Below are positions 1-12,700 of a stretch of 64,000 nucleotides of DNA, piece after piece. Position 1 is the stretch's first letter. Every line of letters begins with the position of its first letter. The position numbers and the translations under genes were made by a program. This DNA comes from Camelus dromedarius. Its lineage: Eukaryota. Under the pieces are notes generated by a model. The model had not been told where the DNA came from and did not search any database. It saw nothing but the letters and a program-made list of their open reading frames with translations. The stretch spans positions 18,910,001-18,974,000 of the forward strand of contig NC_087462.1 in NCBI RefSeq assembly GCF_036321535.1, in the 5' to 3' direction.

Positions 1-1539
1 AACCCCTCAGACAACACCTGGCACATTGTAGGAGCTTAGGACCTGCTGGCTCCCTTTTAGTTCTCCCGTCCCTGTAATGTCATCTATAAAGCCGGATGGG
101 AAAAAGATGCTCCACTGTTAGTTCCTATTCCAAAGAGGCATCCCCATCTACAGATTTATAGCCCCTGGGCTCCTAGCCATACGCCCGAAAAGTCAAACTG
201 AGCAATGGTAATAATAGTTACTCAGCCATATCACACTGAACTGGGGACCTGAGTTAAGTCACAATTCAGACCTGCCAACCTTTACTTAAGCACCTACTAT
301 GTAAGCAGGCTCTGTGATGACCCCTGAGGATTAAAAAAATAGGTAAGAAAGTGTAGCACTGAGATTAAAGGCTTGGTTGGGAAGTCACCCACATCTGGAC
401 TGCAGATCTAGACTGAGTCATAAACTCCCTGTGGGGCACTGGGAAAGATCATCACTTAAACTCTCCAGACCTCAGCTTCTAAATCTAAGATGTCTTGGAG
501 TTGCTGGAAGGATGACATGAGAGGTATGTAGCAAAATGCCTGGCTCATAGCAACTATCAAAACCCAGAAAGTGTCAAGACTCAATCCAGCGTGGAAAAGA
601 AATTAAGACACACCATACTTATAAAAACACACAGAAAGATGCTTGTCAGGTCAACAAAAGTAGACACAAGCAGTTCTCATTTTTCCTAAGGATAACTGGT
701 ACCAGTGAAATACCATGTAAAGAGAATCTTCTTAAAACAAGGGTCAAAATATTCATTGTAAATAGTGAACGAAAAAGGTTCAAATGGAGCCGTACATTGA
801 GAAATGGAAACTGAAAGCATGGAAACAAGAGGTTTTATTTTTTTTAATCTTCTGTTAACAAAATGTAGATTTTAATGTCAAACGTACTACTTCCTTTTCA
901 GTTAAAAATAGAAATTTTCAAGTGTTGATTTCCTTGGGGGGGGGATGACATTTTTTAGAGAGAATTTGTATCTTAGCACAAGGTAATATTATTTTGTGTT
1001 TGACTTTTTCATGGGGTGATAATAGTGTCATTTTGTGCGAGTGTTTTAGAGATTTATCCGGTTTCCCAAGAGTATCTTCCACTTACAAGATGACAGAATT
1101 TATCTTTTGAAGCTTCTGGCATCTTGGTCCATTTTCTCGTCTTTGATTGTTAACTAGTTCAACCCTGCCAGTTCTTCATTTGCAGTTTAAATGTGAATGG
1201 AACAGTCATCCGACCACTCTCTTGCTAACTTCCTGAAATCCTGATTTGTTGCAAGATTTGCTCTTCTTTCCTACATCAATTTCCTTTGAATTACCCATTG
1301 CATCTTCATTCAGATATTTGCAACTAACAAGCTGAAGGAAACCCACCAAAGACATGGGTGAGATGAGTAAAGGTAGGAAGTAGTGTTAATGGGGAGTAAT
1401 ATTTGAGCCTAAAGTAAATATTTAAGCAGCCAGCTCATTAGTAAATATTTTAGCCTTAGGAAGACGTTTACTTTTCTACCAAACCTTGTAGCTGTACAAT
1501 AATTGTCAAATTCAGAATAACTGATAAGAATTTCTGAAG

Positions 1540-1696
1540 GAATTCAGAATAGAGAGAGCTTACTAGTTTGATTCTTTTAAGTAGATATATCCTAGATATT
1601 TTAACATGCACGCTTAACAAGGTCTAAATCTCACCGATATCTTTACATTTCTCCTGAATGATAATACCTTTGCAATGTTTGCACTCTAATTACGTC
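1540..1696 (-). mobile_element. Old L1M (L1MC/ME-like) fragment, left of the LTR insertion
   Basis: tattttaacatgcacgcttaacaaggtctaaatc...ctcctgaatgataatacc resembles antisense L1M sequence and continues after the LTR at 2198. Confidence 0.55.
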
Positions 1697-2197
1697 TACT
1701 GGGGCTCAGAGCAGGCTACCACAAAAGATGCCATTGATTCTTTTACATTAAAGTTACTTGAGAAACAGCTGGTGAAAAAAAAAAACACTCTGACTCATTT
1801 CTTTCCCTGTGAAAGCAGGAAATAAATCTTCCATGTGATTTCCCAATCCCCAGTGTCTTTCCAGTACCAGGAGGATAGAAAGCATTCTTACCATCAGAGT
1901 AAGGGAATTCAAGGCTAAGACATCTGCAGAAGCCAGCCTGGTTGCTTCATTAGTCTGCTACCCTAAGCACAAGCTCCTGTGTTTAGTTAGATCTTTACAA
2001 ATAATTGTTTCTTTGTCTGAAAATGATGTATAAACATCCTGCTTTGGTCACTTCGGGGGCTCATTTCTATGGGACCTCTATGCATGTGAATTAGTTTTTT
2101 TTTTTTCTCTTGCGACTGTGTCTTGTGTCAATTTCATTATTCAACCAGCCAAAATAACAACTCAAGCAGAGTAGGGGGGAATTTCCTCCTCCCAACA
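1697..2197 (+). mobile_element. ERV1-class solo LTR (MER34-like)
   Basis: Starts tactggggctcagagcaggctacc (MER34-type TGTTGGGGCTCAG start) and ends ttcctcctcccaaca; TATA-like tgtataaac near 2027; 4-bp flanks cgtc/cctc fit a decayed TSD. Confidence 0.8.
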
Positions 2198-5100
2198 CCT
2201 CCTTCTCAACTTAAATTCTGTAGTTCATTATTTTGGTTCTGTCTTGTGATTTTTAGTCCCTTTATATTTAATATACTTACTGATATAGTCGGGTTTAATT
2301 CTACCATTTTGCTATTTGTTTTCTATTTGTCATATCACTTCTTTCTTCCTTTGTTTCTTCTTTCCTGCCTTTTTGGGAAACTAAACAAATTTTTTTTTAT
2401 TCTCCGGTTTTCTTGTATTGGTTTTTTGTTTCACATCTTGGAATTATTTTTCAGTGGTTACTCTGGAAGTGTCAGTGTACATCCTTAGCCTGTGACAGTT
2501 TAGTTTTAAGTTAGGACCTTTGCTGTTTCCTGAACAACGCAAGAACTTTACCGTCATTGAGCTCCATTTCTCCCTTCTGTGCAGTTGAAATGGTGTTAAA
2601 CATTTGACTTCTGCATATTTTGTAAATTCCACAAGACATTATTAATATTGTGATTTGAAGCAGTCAGTATTCTTGCATATTAACCTAAATATTTCCTTTG
2701 TAGTGTTCTGTATTCCTTCTTACAATTTTGTGTTCCTGGCTGGAGTCATTTTCCTTCAATCTGAAGAATTTTCTCCGGTGTATCCTCTAGTGCTGGTCTG
2801 ATGACATTAAATTTTTGTTGATTTTCAGTTTCCATTTGTCTGAAAATATTTTTATTTTGCTCCATTTTTGGCAGGATTTGTTTTTGCTGTGTGTATAATA
2901 CCAGGGTGGTAGTTCTGTTAGTTTGTAAATTTGAGCATTTTAAAGATGTTTTCTGAAGTTCACCCATGTTTGTTGAAAAGTCAGCCAACAGACTGATTTG
3001 TTTTCCTTTGAAGACAGTTTATCTTTCTCCCTCTGTGACTGCTTGGGAGAATTTTTCTTTGTCTTTCAGCAGTTTGACTGGGAAGAGTTTAGGTGAATTT
3101 TCTTTGTCTTTATCCTTTTGGGGGGTTCGCTGGGCTTCTTGAATCAGTGAGTTGATGTCTTTCATCAGTTTGGAAACTCTTGGCTATTATCTTTTCAAAT
3201 ATTGCTTCTTCCCAGTTTGTCTCCTTGCTTCCGGGGCTCCACATGTGTGTATATTGGACCTTTGACATGATCCACATGATGCTTAGACTCTTTGTCTTTT
3301 AATGTTCTTTTGTGTTTGTCTCTCTGGTTTTAGTTTGACTGTTACCTATGGTTCTGTCTTCAAGTCACTGATCCTATAGTCTACTGTGTTTTGTCTGCTG
3401 TTAAACCCATCTAGTCAGTTGGTACTTTTTTATTGATCCTGAGTAACTGTTGAAAGATAGTAGACTTCAGAAGGCACATGTTTTCATCCATTTCATCCAT
3501 CATTTCCTTTATTTTCTTTAACACAGTAGTCATAGTTAACGTTCTTATCTGATGACTACAATGTCCAGATCTTCTGTGAATCTGTTTGCATTGTTTGCCT
3601 CCTTTTCTCTTCCTCTTCCTCCCTCTTCACATGCCTTACAGTTTGGACTACATGCTAAACATTTTGTATTTAAGAACTGTGGGGGTTCTAGCTGATTTAT
3701 TCTATCAGAGAAGCTCCCCCCTTTCCTCTGTTAGGGGAACAGGGTAAAAGGCTGATTCCCCCTGCCCAGTCAGAAATTGAGATGAATCACTGATGGGCTG
3801 CGTTTTAACAGACTAAGTCCACCATCTCTGGCTTGTCCCTTGAGTGTGGCCCTCCAGGACTGTTGAATAAGAGCCTAGCTGGTTTCTTCCTCCTCATCCC
3901 TAAAACGGGGGAAACAGTCAGGCGTTTATGTCAGGTCCTTTCCCTCTAGGGGGACACTGTCTCCTAAATACCATGAGATCATAAGAGATTTTATTCTGAC
4001 TTTCCACCCCAGCTTACGTGTTAGCTATGCTGCCTCAGCACTAAGCAATGTCCTATAGAGAAAATTACCCTTATGTTTCTGACTTCTGTAGTTCCCAATC
4101 TATCATGCCAGCCCTGTACAACTGCCTACAACTCTGCTAGATTTCATTTCCCCCAGCAGACTACCTCTGCTTGGGCCAAGGCCAAGCCTTAGTTAATGTC
4201 CAGAATCACAAATGCTCGCAGGGAAGAAAGCTGTCAGCAATTATCAGCTTATATAGGAGGAACTCTTCCTTTTCTGCAATTGAAGTCCACTTAGTGCTCA
4301 TTTCCACAGCTCTTTGATGTCTTCAAAATTTCTTTTTGCAGCTTTTTTCCCTTTTATAGTTGTTGCCGTGGGGGTGTTGGCCTGCCATGATTTACTGCAT
4401 CTTACCTGAAAGCAGTATTTTATCCTGTTATTTTCAGTAAATTAAACATTATTATTATTAATTTATATAGCATTATTACTCAGATATACCCTCATATTGA
4501 TCACATATTTCCTTAGTATTCCTTCTTGAATCTCAGACTTTTTATCTGAGTCAGTTTTCCTTCTGACTAAGCTAACGTCTTTAAGAATTTCCTTTGGCGA
4601 GGATCTGTTGGTGGTAAACCCTCAGTTTTCATTTGTTCAAAGATACCTTTAGGTTGCTCTCATTCTTGAAGCATAATTTCTCTGGGTATACATTTGCAGG
4701 TGGTCAATTATTTTCTCTTCACTCACCGAAAATATTATTCTGCTACGTTGTGGCTTCCGTTGTTGTTGAGAAGATAGCTGTTAGCCTAATTGCTGCTTAT
4801 TTGTCGGCGACCTAACTCTTCCCTCGGATTGCTTTTACTATTTCTCTGTCATAGATTGTGACGTTTCCTGCACCTTCTAAAATTGGGCTGTTCACTGACT
4901 GAATACTTGTTAGCAGCAGCTTGTGTTAGACATCCTCACTCTACATCCTCCACATCTTTTAACATCTTTCATTTTTCCCATCTTGCATTCTAGATACTTT
5001 TTACTTATTTCTACCTAATTGCTTACTAATTCTCTCTTTAGTTGTGTCTAATTTGATCTTTAATCTATCCGTAACCATCCATTGAGGCTTTAAGTTTTTT

Positions 5101-5750
5101 AATTAATATATTTATTTCTAGATATTCTGTGATTCTTTTTTTCACCATATCTCATTATTTGCTCATATTTTGAAGCCTTTTTTAATTTATTTAAACATGT
5201 AAATGTGGCCATCTTATATTGTGTCTAATTAAAATTCTAATATTTGAAGCTTTGCTGATGATTTTGCTTTCTGTTGTTCCTGCTGGATCTGTCTCATAGT
5301 GCCTTGTTTCCTTGTGTGTTTTGTAATTTTTGACAATGAATTTTCCTTGGAACTTTATCTCTGAGAATTTTCTGAGGACTGAGTTAAAGTTTCACTTCTC
5401 CAGAAAGGACTGTGTTTGTTTTTTCTAGCCACCTGGGAGAACTACCAATCCTAAACTATTTTAAATTAAATTTTCTGCTTGGGGTTTTTCAGATCATAAG
5501 CCCAAGTGAGGGTTAGCATATGGTTACAAATTCCCAGGGAACATGAGTCCCACTCCTTGCCTCACTTCACCCCCAGAATCAAAGTCAGGTCAGGCAGATT
5601 TTCCATGTGAATTTATTTCTCATTCACCTTCATATGAAAGGTCTAACCCTTTGAGATCTAAGTTGTATATGGGGGCCTGTACCCACTTGGTAGGGCCTAG
5701 GTTTTACCTCCTGGTATCCAAGCAAGATTTGCAGTGGCTAGGAGTGGCCA
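2198..5750 (-). mobile_element. Cluster of old L1M fragments (antisense, highly degenerate)
   Basis: T-rich antisense L1 motifs (gtttaattctaccattttgctatttgttttctatttgtc; gatctgttggtggtaaaccctcagttttcatttg; ctctgggtatacatttgcagg); no intact ORF. Confidence 0.75.
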
Positions 5751-6339
5751 CAAAGTGCATAGCTCATTCTTTACACATCAGTATTTAAAGGCAGTAGACC
5801 TGCTTTCAGAATCACTGATTTCCCCAGGCTAAGCCCATCCTGTCCCTCTTTAGATGGGAGAATCCTAATTCCGGGACCTCCAGCATGGGGACTGAAGCTA
5901 GAGAAACCAGGCAATGCACTGGGGAACTCACAGTCACTATGAGGGCTGCGGTCCCTGCTTGTGCTTGCCTTCTGCACACCCAAAGGTAAGCCCTTCTGTC
6001 TCCACTCCAAGTCCACCAGAGCAGGGATCCTGTTGTTAAAAGCTGTAGACCTTTCAATGGAACAAGTTCTCATCTGGCCTGAAAAAGTGTATGTCATAAA
6101 TCAGCCTTTTTGTTTTCTTGGGTTCTTTTTTAGTACAAAAAGATTTTAGTCCCAACCTGAAACCATGATGCTGTTCTTGGCTAAGAAAACCTGCTCTGAT
6201 TTAAGGAACTGACATTCATGCAACTAATTGACAAAATTGATTATCTGTCTCTTAACCATGTTAAGAATATAATTAAGGAAAACTGCAGTAATGATAGCTG
6301 GTTTACCCTGATGAAATCACTGCACACTTGATTTAACTG

Positions 6340-6630
6340 CAGCATTTCTGAAACTTTGTTCCTTGACACATTAAATCATGTAAAGGGTCTCTATGTTTAC
6401 ATAAGCTTAAAGAATGTTATATGTTATCTTAGAGATTCACAGCATATATTGGAATATTAATGGCCCTGAGAAGTTCTGTGATTTAAAAAAAAGTCTTTAA
6501 TTTTGTTTGATTCAGCATTTTCAAATCATATTTAACCTCAGAAATATAAGGAACTTGGAACAGTGATAATTCATTTTTCAGGATAGAAATTTGTCAACCC
6601 TCAATGAACACTGAAAAATGGGTTCTAGAG
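6340..6630. mobile_element. Probable hAT-Charlie DNA transposon remnant
   Basis: gcatttctgaaactttgttcc...gagattcacagcatatattggaatattaatggccctgagaagttctg resembles Charlie-family MITE sequence; subfamily uncertain. Confidence 0.35.
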
Positions 6631-6639
6631 ATAAGTAAC

Positions 6640-6780
6640 ATTTATTCAGCAAATATTTGTTGAATGCCCGCTACGCCTACCATGGCAGGCATACACTGAT
6701 GAATAAAACAGGCAGAGTTTCTGTCTTGTGGAGTTTATGGGAATATTGAGCTGTCATGGAAGCATTAAGAAAGACGTATC
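6640..6780 (-). mobile_element. L2 3' end fragment
   Basis: ttattcagcaaatatttgttgaatgcc...gatgaataaaacaggcagagtttctgtcttgtggagttt is the antisense L2 tail. Confidence 0.7.
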
Positions 6781-7135
6781 AAGTGGTTAGAACCTTGATG
6801 CTTCTCAAGGTGTAGGACCATGGCTATGGAACAGGGCCCACAAGCTGGGCAGTTGGCCAGATATTCGGCTATTTATTGCATGTAGCCTAGAAGCAGCAAA
6901 ACTTACTGATACAATTGTACCACTCAAGAGAGCCATAAGGAAGAATAAGCACAAACTCATTTGTTCCTCAAACAGCAGGCATCATTTATCTAGGGAAGAA
7001 AGTTCAGGAGAGACAGGTAAGGAAGTAGGTGGTTTTAAGACTTACAGAATCTCTGATGGATCTGAGGGTTCTTCCTAAATTAAGCTCCACAACAGTGTCT
7101 GAGTCACAGTCCAAGTTCAGTAAATGTTAGCTAGA

Positions 7136-7470
7136 GTGATGATGGTGGTGATGGTGGTGGTGATGGTGGTGATGGTGGTGGTGATGACTACAGCTATAAT
7201 GATGCTGGTGTTGGATGATGATGGCAATGATGGTCATGATGACAATGAAGATGATATATGATGGTGATGATGGTGATAATGATGATGGACAATAGTAATG
7301 ATGATGGTGATGATATTGTTGGATGATGGTGGTGATTCTGATGATAACGATGGTGATATGATTATGATGAGGTTGGTGATGACAATGATGATTATGGTGA
7401 CGATGGTGATGAAGATGGTGATGACAGTAATCGTATTGGTGATGATGGTGATGATGACAGTAATAGTAAT
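7136..7470. repeat. Degenerate (GAT/GGT)n trinucleotide tandem repeat, about 335 bp
   Basis: Directly visible gatggtggtgatggtggtggtgatg... array. Confidence 0.95.
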
Positions 7471-7479
7471 CTTCAGCTC

Positions 7480-7930
7480 CTTCCTGTCACTCAATACTAT
7501 GTTCAGTTGGTCACCAAGAACCTTAAGGCTACTTCATAAGTTACTCTTAATTTCATCCTCTCCTTTCTCTCTCAAATACCATTTCCTTGGAACAGGCCTT
7601 GATCCTTTCTCAATGGCCCCCTTATCTCACTTCCCTACCCCTAACTCTCATTCTTCCAATCCATGCCCCACAACCGCACCAGTGTAATCTTCCTGAACGT
7701 TAAGTCTGACCACAACTCTTCCTTGTCAAGCAGCCCCCAAAGTTTCCCCAAAGTTTATGCTGAAGTTGCCTGGGTGGCTTAGCAGGGATTAAAGACTCTC
7801 CACTGCTTCTCTCCCCAGGTGTATCTCTTCCTGTCTCACCATATATCCTCAACTCAACTATACTCAACCCACTGCACCCCAACCACAGCACAGAAATTGA
7901 CACTTCCTTTTTCATACTCTTCATCTTATG
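7480..7930 (+). mobile_element. L2 fragment
   Basis: Pyrimidine-rich L2 ORF2/3' motifs (cacaaccgcaccagtgtaatcttcctgaacgttaagtctgaccac). Confidence 0.6.
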
Positions 7931-8448
7931 TGTCTTTTCTCTTTCTTGCCTTTTAACAAAACATCCGTTAGCTCAGCAGTCTGAGCCTGTCTGGAGCTTT
8001 TCATCATCTTAGCCCTGGCATAGACTGCAATGTGTTTTTTTTCACCTGGCCTCGTACTGCTTTCTGCATGTATCTGTGTGGCCTTTTTGCCACATGCAAG
8101 GTCATGTTATTATCTGTGTCCACCCTGGATGGAAGGTGCTGCTTGAGGGCAAATACTGCATCTGACTCACTACATTCTAGACCCTTCACAGTGTAGAACA
8201 CCAGAGACATGTGTGTAACCATTGCCAAAGTGCAGGGTAAATGCATCCCCCATGGAATGATGGCTATGCAGAACCAGGGCCCCCCTTCTTATAGGTTCTG
8301 TGTTACCCACACTTTCTTTCCTTACAGTCTTGGCCAGGACTTCACCAGGTTTGTAATTCAGGGGCATGTAAGGCCAAACTCCATCCTCTTTTCCTTCATC
8401 CACACAGTTTCACTTACTTACACAATGGTGTGTGTATGTGTGCGCCGG

Positions 8449-8450
<2 letters not shown>

Positions 8451-8485
<35 letters not shown>
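8451..8485. repeat. (TG)17 microsatellite
   Basis: Pure TG run with imperfect TG flanks. Confidence 0.97.
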
Positions 8486-8488
<3 letters not shown>

Positions 8489-8689
8489 TGTGTGCATGGT
8501 GAAGTCTGGATGGGCTGGAGAGAGGCTCAGTCCTCTGTGCTATAGATCAAGGACACTGCATTCTCCTAGCCTTTAGGAAGTCATTAAAATTAGAACCATT
8601 TGTCACAGGAGGTCTCAGTGCAGCATCAGGCCCTGGGAAGGACCAGGACACATCTCTTGGCCTCTGAACGGAATGAATCTATTCATCCA

Positions 8690-9390
8690 TGCATTGATTT
8701 CACAGATATTTATTGAGTTAGCAGTGTGCCAGGCCCCATGTTGGGGTCTAGGGATACAGAGCAGAACAAAAAAGAGCAAAACCACATGCTTGTTTTCATG
8801 GGATTTATGATCAGCTGCTCTGCTAAAGGGGGTGGGGACAGACAACAATCAAGGTAACAAACCAATAAGATAGTTGGAAGCAATGATAAGGGCTGGAAAG
8901 GAAATAAAACACAGGGACGTGAGCAGATAATGCAGGGAGACTGGAGAGCTGCTTTGATGGAGAAATCCTGGAGACCTCCCTTGCAGAGATGGCATTTGTG
9001 CTCAGGCTTCTGCAACAGGAAAGGGCCAGATGTATAAACATCTGGGGGAAGATGGAATGCCACTCCAGGCCAGGCAGAGAGAAGAGATGGCAGGCAGCCA
9101 TGGTTGGACCACAGTAAATGAGGGGGAGGGTGCTTGAAGGAGCAGTTAAGAGGCGAGTGATGGCCAGGCCGTGCAAGGCCTTGTGGGCCATGCTAAGGAT
9201 TTGGGATTTTATTTTAAGTGCAAAGGAAGGCTGCTAGATGGTTTTAAGCAGGAATAACAAGCTCCCATTGATGCTTTTCAAAGCTCAGCTGTATGAGGAA
9301 GGAATTACAAAGGGGACAGAATGGACCAGAGAGGCAATCAGGAGCTGTCCAGGCCAGGGCTGGTGCTGACGAGGAGCGGGGGTTAGCACT
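8690..9390 (-). mobile_element. L2 (L2a-like) fragment
   Basis: atatttattgagttagcagtgtgccagg...gcaaggccttgtgggccatgctaaggatttgggattttattttaagtgcaa. Confidence 0.8.
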
Positions 9391-9780
9391 CAGAGCGGTG
9401 AGATGCAGCCTTTGCCTCCCTCCTCCCTCCCTCCTTCCTCAGAAGCCCAGCCGGCCCTGGAGGGCTCCCAGAGAATGACATCATCTTCAGCTCTGGGCTG
9501 CTTGATATGCAGGGAACTCGTCCCAGAGGTGTGCTGAGGCCACACACCAAAGCATGAAGATATGAAGCTGCCAAGCCTGTGCTAGAGGGGGAGACAAAGG
9601 AAGAAAACCCCAGTGAGCACATTCTGGATAATACAACAGCCCCACGAAGTGCAGCTCTATTTTGCAGATGAATCCTATAACCATGAACATGTAAGGATTC
9701 TCAGAAACCACATGTCCTGTACTCCTGTCTCAGAACTTGTGTGTATCCCTGGTTCTTATTTATTGATCACATCCTTAAAT

Positions 9781-9990
9781 AGAACTCTTACTATGTCTTA
9801 ATTACTTAACAAATGTTAATTCTCTAACAACTACATGAGGTAGGAATGATCATTATTCCCATTTAACAGATGAGGAAAACTGAGGCACAGAGAGGCTAAG
9901 TAACTTGCCCAAGGTAGCACTGAGCCAGGATTTAAACTCACACAGTCTGGCCCAGAATCTACATTCTTTTTAACTCTGCGTGATACCACC
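9781..9990 (-). mobile_element. MIR SINE
   Basis: Core cccatttaacagatgaggaaaactgaggcacagagaggctaagtaacttgcccaaggt. Confidence 0.9.
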
Positions 9991-11339
9991 TCCTCTCTCT
10001 TGTCTGTGAGTTAGAACAATGGAAAACTCTCCACACCACCCCGCCCCTCAGCAGGCTAACACATCTCTTGTACACATGGTGGCATTGCCAAGTTGTTCAG
10101 TGGCACAATTTTCATCTTGGGAAAATACGGACACCTCATAGGAAGGCTGGCTTGAAGGGGAGGTGATTCCCAGTTACAATTCCTTACAAGTAATGAGAGG
10201 ACCTCAGACAGGAAACTCAGAGTGAGACCTAGGATGTCTGTTTTATTTAACCTTCTGTCCCCAGGTTTAGCAGAGTACCTAGAACAGAGGAAGTGCTCAG
10301 TAACATGCGTTGAGTGGACGGATGGATGGATGAATGGGTGAACATGCCGATTCAATACCTAGTACAATGCAGGCAGGCAGTGCAAGAGGGTCGTGTCTTG
10401 GCTCTTGCCCTCACATTCCAGGGTCTAGCCCAGTGTGACAAGGTCAAATGCTTGCAAGGGTGTGGCCTGTCCTCAGTTCCAGCAGACCATTCATGTTTGT
10501 GGGAACGTGGCCCTGTGTGGCCAGGTCTTCTGATTTTTCGTGAGAATCTGGATATACCACTGTCATGCAAAATTATCTGATTTTTAAAAGACTGTGTGTC
10601 CTCAAGAAAATACATCTAAGTGCTAACTAGGTCAACTCCCTGGGCCACTACGTTGAGACGTCCAGCCTAGAATCAGTAGGAGATGGACCAGAATGGGCTC
10701 TGGATTGGTGGCCACTAACAAAGATGAGAAGGTCCTGGGAGCCTCTCAGAGGAAGTTGCATTTTGCACACTGGCTTATCCAGATTCGAGATGTGGTCGGT
10801 GTTAATTTTCCAGTTGTCATCCCAGGATTTCAGTTAAGTCTTGCCTAACGTTGCAGCCCAGCTCAGCCATTCTGTAGAGGGATTAAAAGATGGCTCTTCT
10901 GTGCAAAACTGGGCCAAAGTGGTAAAAAGAGGGCAGTGGCTTTCAAGGACCGGGGAATGGGGAAGGTGGCTTGATGAGAGAATGAAACTCACAAAGCTGT
11001 AGGATCTTAGACACCAGGGCTGAGCAGCCCAGCCACCCTTCTCCAAATGGAGATTCACCACCCGTGGCTGTACTCAAGGATGTGAGTCTTATTTTCTTAA
11101 TCAAGAGAGAAAATTTCTTTGCAGGCACGATTCCCAGTTGGGAAATTCTTTTTATGTTCCATTTAATCCCTTCTGCTCCAGCCAGAGCTTCCTTTGGTTC
11201 TGTTTCTTTCCCGTGTTTATCATCCTCTCCTTCCCCCGTCTCCTTTCCTTTTTCTCGGCTCCCACCCCTTACCTTGCACCAACCAGAGCCTGTGAGGAGG
11301 GGAGGGGAAAAGCACTCATCCTGGCTCAGTTTGGGGTGG

Positions 11340-11665
11340 ACTTTTAATCCAGGCGTGTTGCCGCGTTGCCAACACCCAGCGCCAAGCGTTTGCACCAGGT
11401 ATTTAATTAAACCAGGGATTCCCAGGGGATTTGAGAAGCCGGCTGGCGGGGAATGGGCTCCATCTCCACATCTTATTTTGACAAGCGCTGTAATTATCCC
11501 TCGCCGCTGGCAGGCGAAGCAGAGTCGCTTTCCTTCCAGCCCCATCTCCCTAGAACAAGAGTACTCGGGCTCCTCTTTGCTCCACCAATAAACAATCTGC
11601 AGACTTAGGTTCACCAATTAGGCTGAGTCTGAGCTTAGCCATTACTTAAGTTAATGCAAATGTGC
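11340..11665. promoter_or_regulatory. Candidate conserved enhancer
   Basis: Repeat-free, CpG-retaining, with TAATCC, TTAATTAA, TAATTA, CCAATAAA, AACAAT and octamer ATGCAAAT motifs. Confidence 0.45.
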
Positions 11666-12499
11666 TGCTCAGCCTGATTGTCAACAGCGTCTGTGGAGGT
11701 GACTTAGGGGCACCTGATTCATGCTCTAGGAATCCCGCTTCCAAAGGAAGGTCTTTGGGGGCAGAAGGGTTGAGATGGGAGCCATGCCCTCCAAAAGGAC
11801 AGAGGTGACTCCTCCAGGAGGCAACACGTGTGGAACACCTTCCACGCCTGTCTGGTGTGTTTAACCTCAGCCACCCTGCCAAGTTGGCATTATCATCCCA
11901 TATTACAGATGGGGAAACTGAGGCTCTGAGAGGTGAAGACACACAGGTGCAGTGGCCTCAGGACTCTCTCCAAGGGCCAGCTGTGACCACAGCTTCTGCC
12001 CTTTCTACTTTATGTCACTGTGTCCCAGGGACACCAACCCCCTACCTCCAGGCTCTGCCCTAAACAATTCTTGGGTAGATGCTGGAAAGCACCAGCAAGC
12101 CAGGAGCAAATACTCCTCCAGAGGCATGCTGCTGAGCGGTTCTGTAGTGAGACCATCCTCACCTGTCAACAGGGGTGTTTCTGCCTGTCTCACAGGGTCC
12201 TCATGAAATGAACTTGGATGGCATCTTTGAAAGTCTTGGAAAAATTGAGAAGGTCTTAGGAATTGTGAAGAATCAAGTTATTTAGATTGTTTTATAATTT
12301 GGGGGCCACAGGGCTACAAGGCAGGGACAGAAAGTTGCTGAGGAAAGGCTAATGGGATGGAAACACTACTCAGGCCCAGTCTGGCTTCTAGGTACCTGTG
12401 ATCTGACCTTTTGCCCCAGCATGGGACAAGGTTGGGCCAGTGTAGACCAGCCTGCTAGGAACTTTCCACGACCTACTCCAACAGTGACAGTAGCAACTG

Positions 12500-12700
12500 T
12501 TTGACTGTTGATTGAGCACAGAGTACATCCTAGGCACAGCATTACCAACATGAAAATCTCAAGACCCCATAAAGCAGGTGTCATTATCCCCATTTGACAG
12601 ATGAGCAAAGTGAGGCTCATCAGGCCACTTGAACATCAGACAGCAAATGGTTGGCCTGAAAGTTTTGTCTAAATCATTGTGCTATAAAATGGCCCTCATT
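12500..12700 (-). mobile_element. MIR SINE
   Basis: ttgattgagcacagagtacatcc...attatccccatttgacagatgagcaaagtgaggctca. Confidence 0.8.

Noticed and set aside
7234-7687. Met/Asp-rich and His/Ile-rich ORFs
   Set aside because: Direct by-products of the GAT/GGT repeat
10943-11617. Longest ORFs (224 aa minus, 175 aa plus) over the 11.4-kb island
   Set aside because: Overlapping ORFs on both strands, no recognisable domain, non-ATG starts and composition typical of GC-rich non-coding DNA
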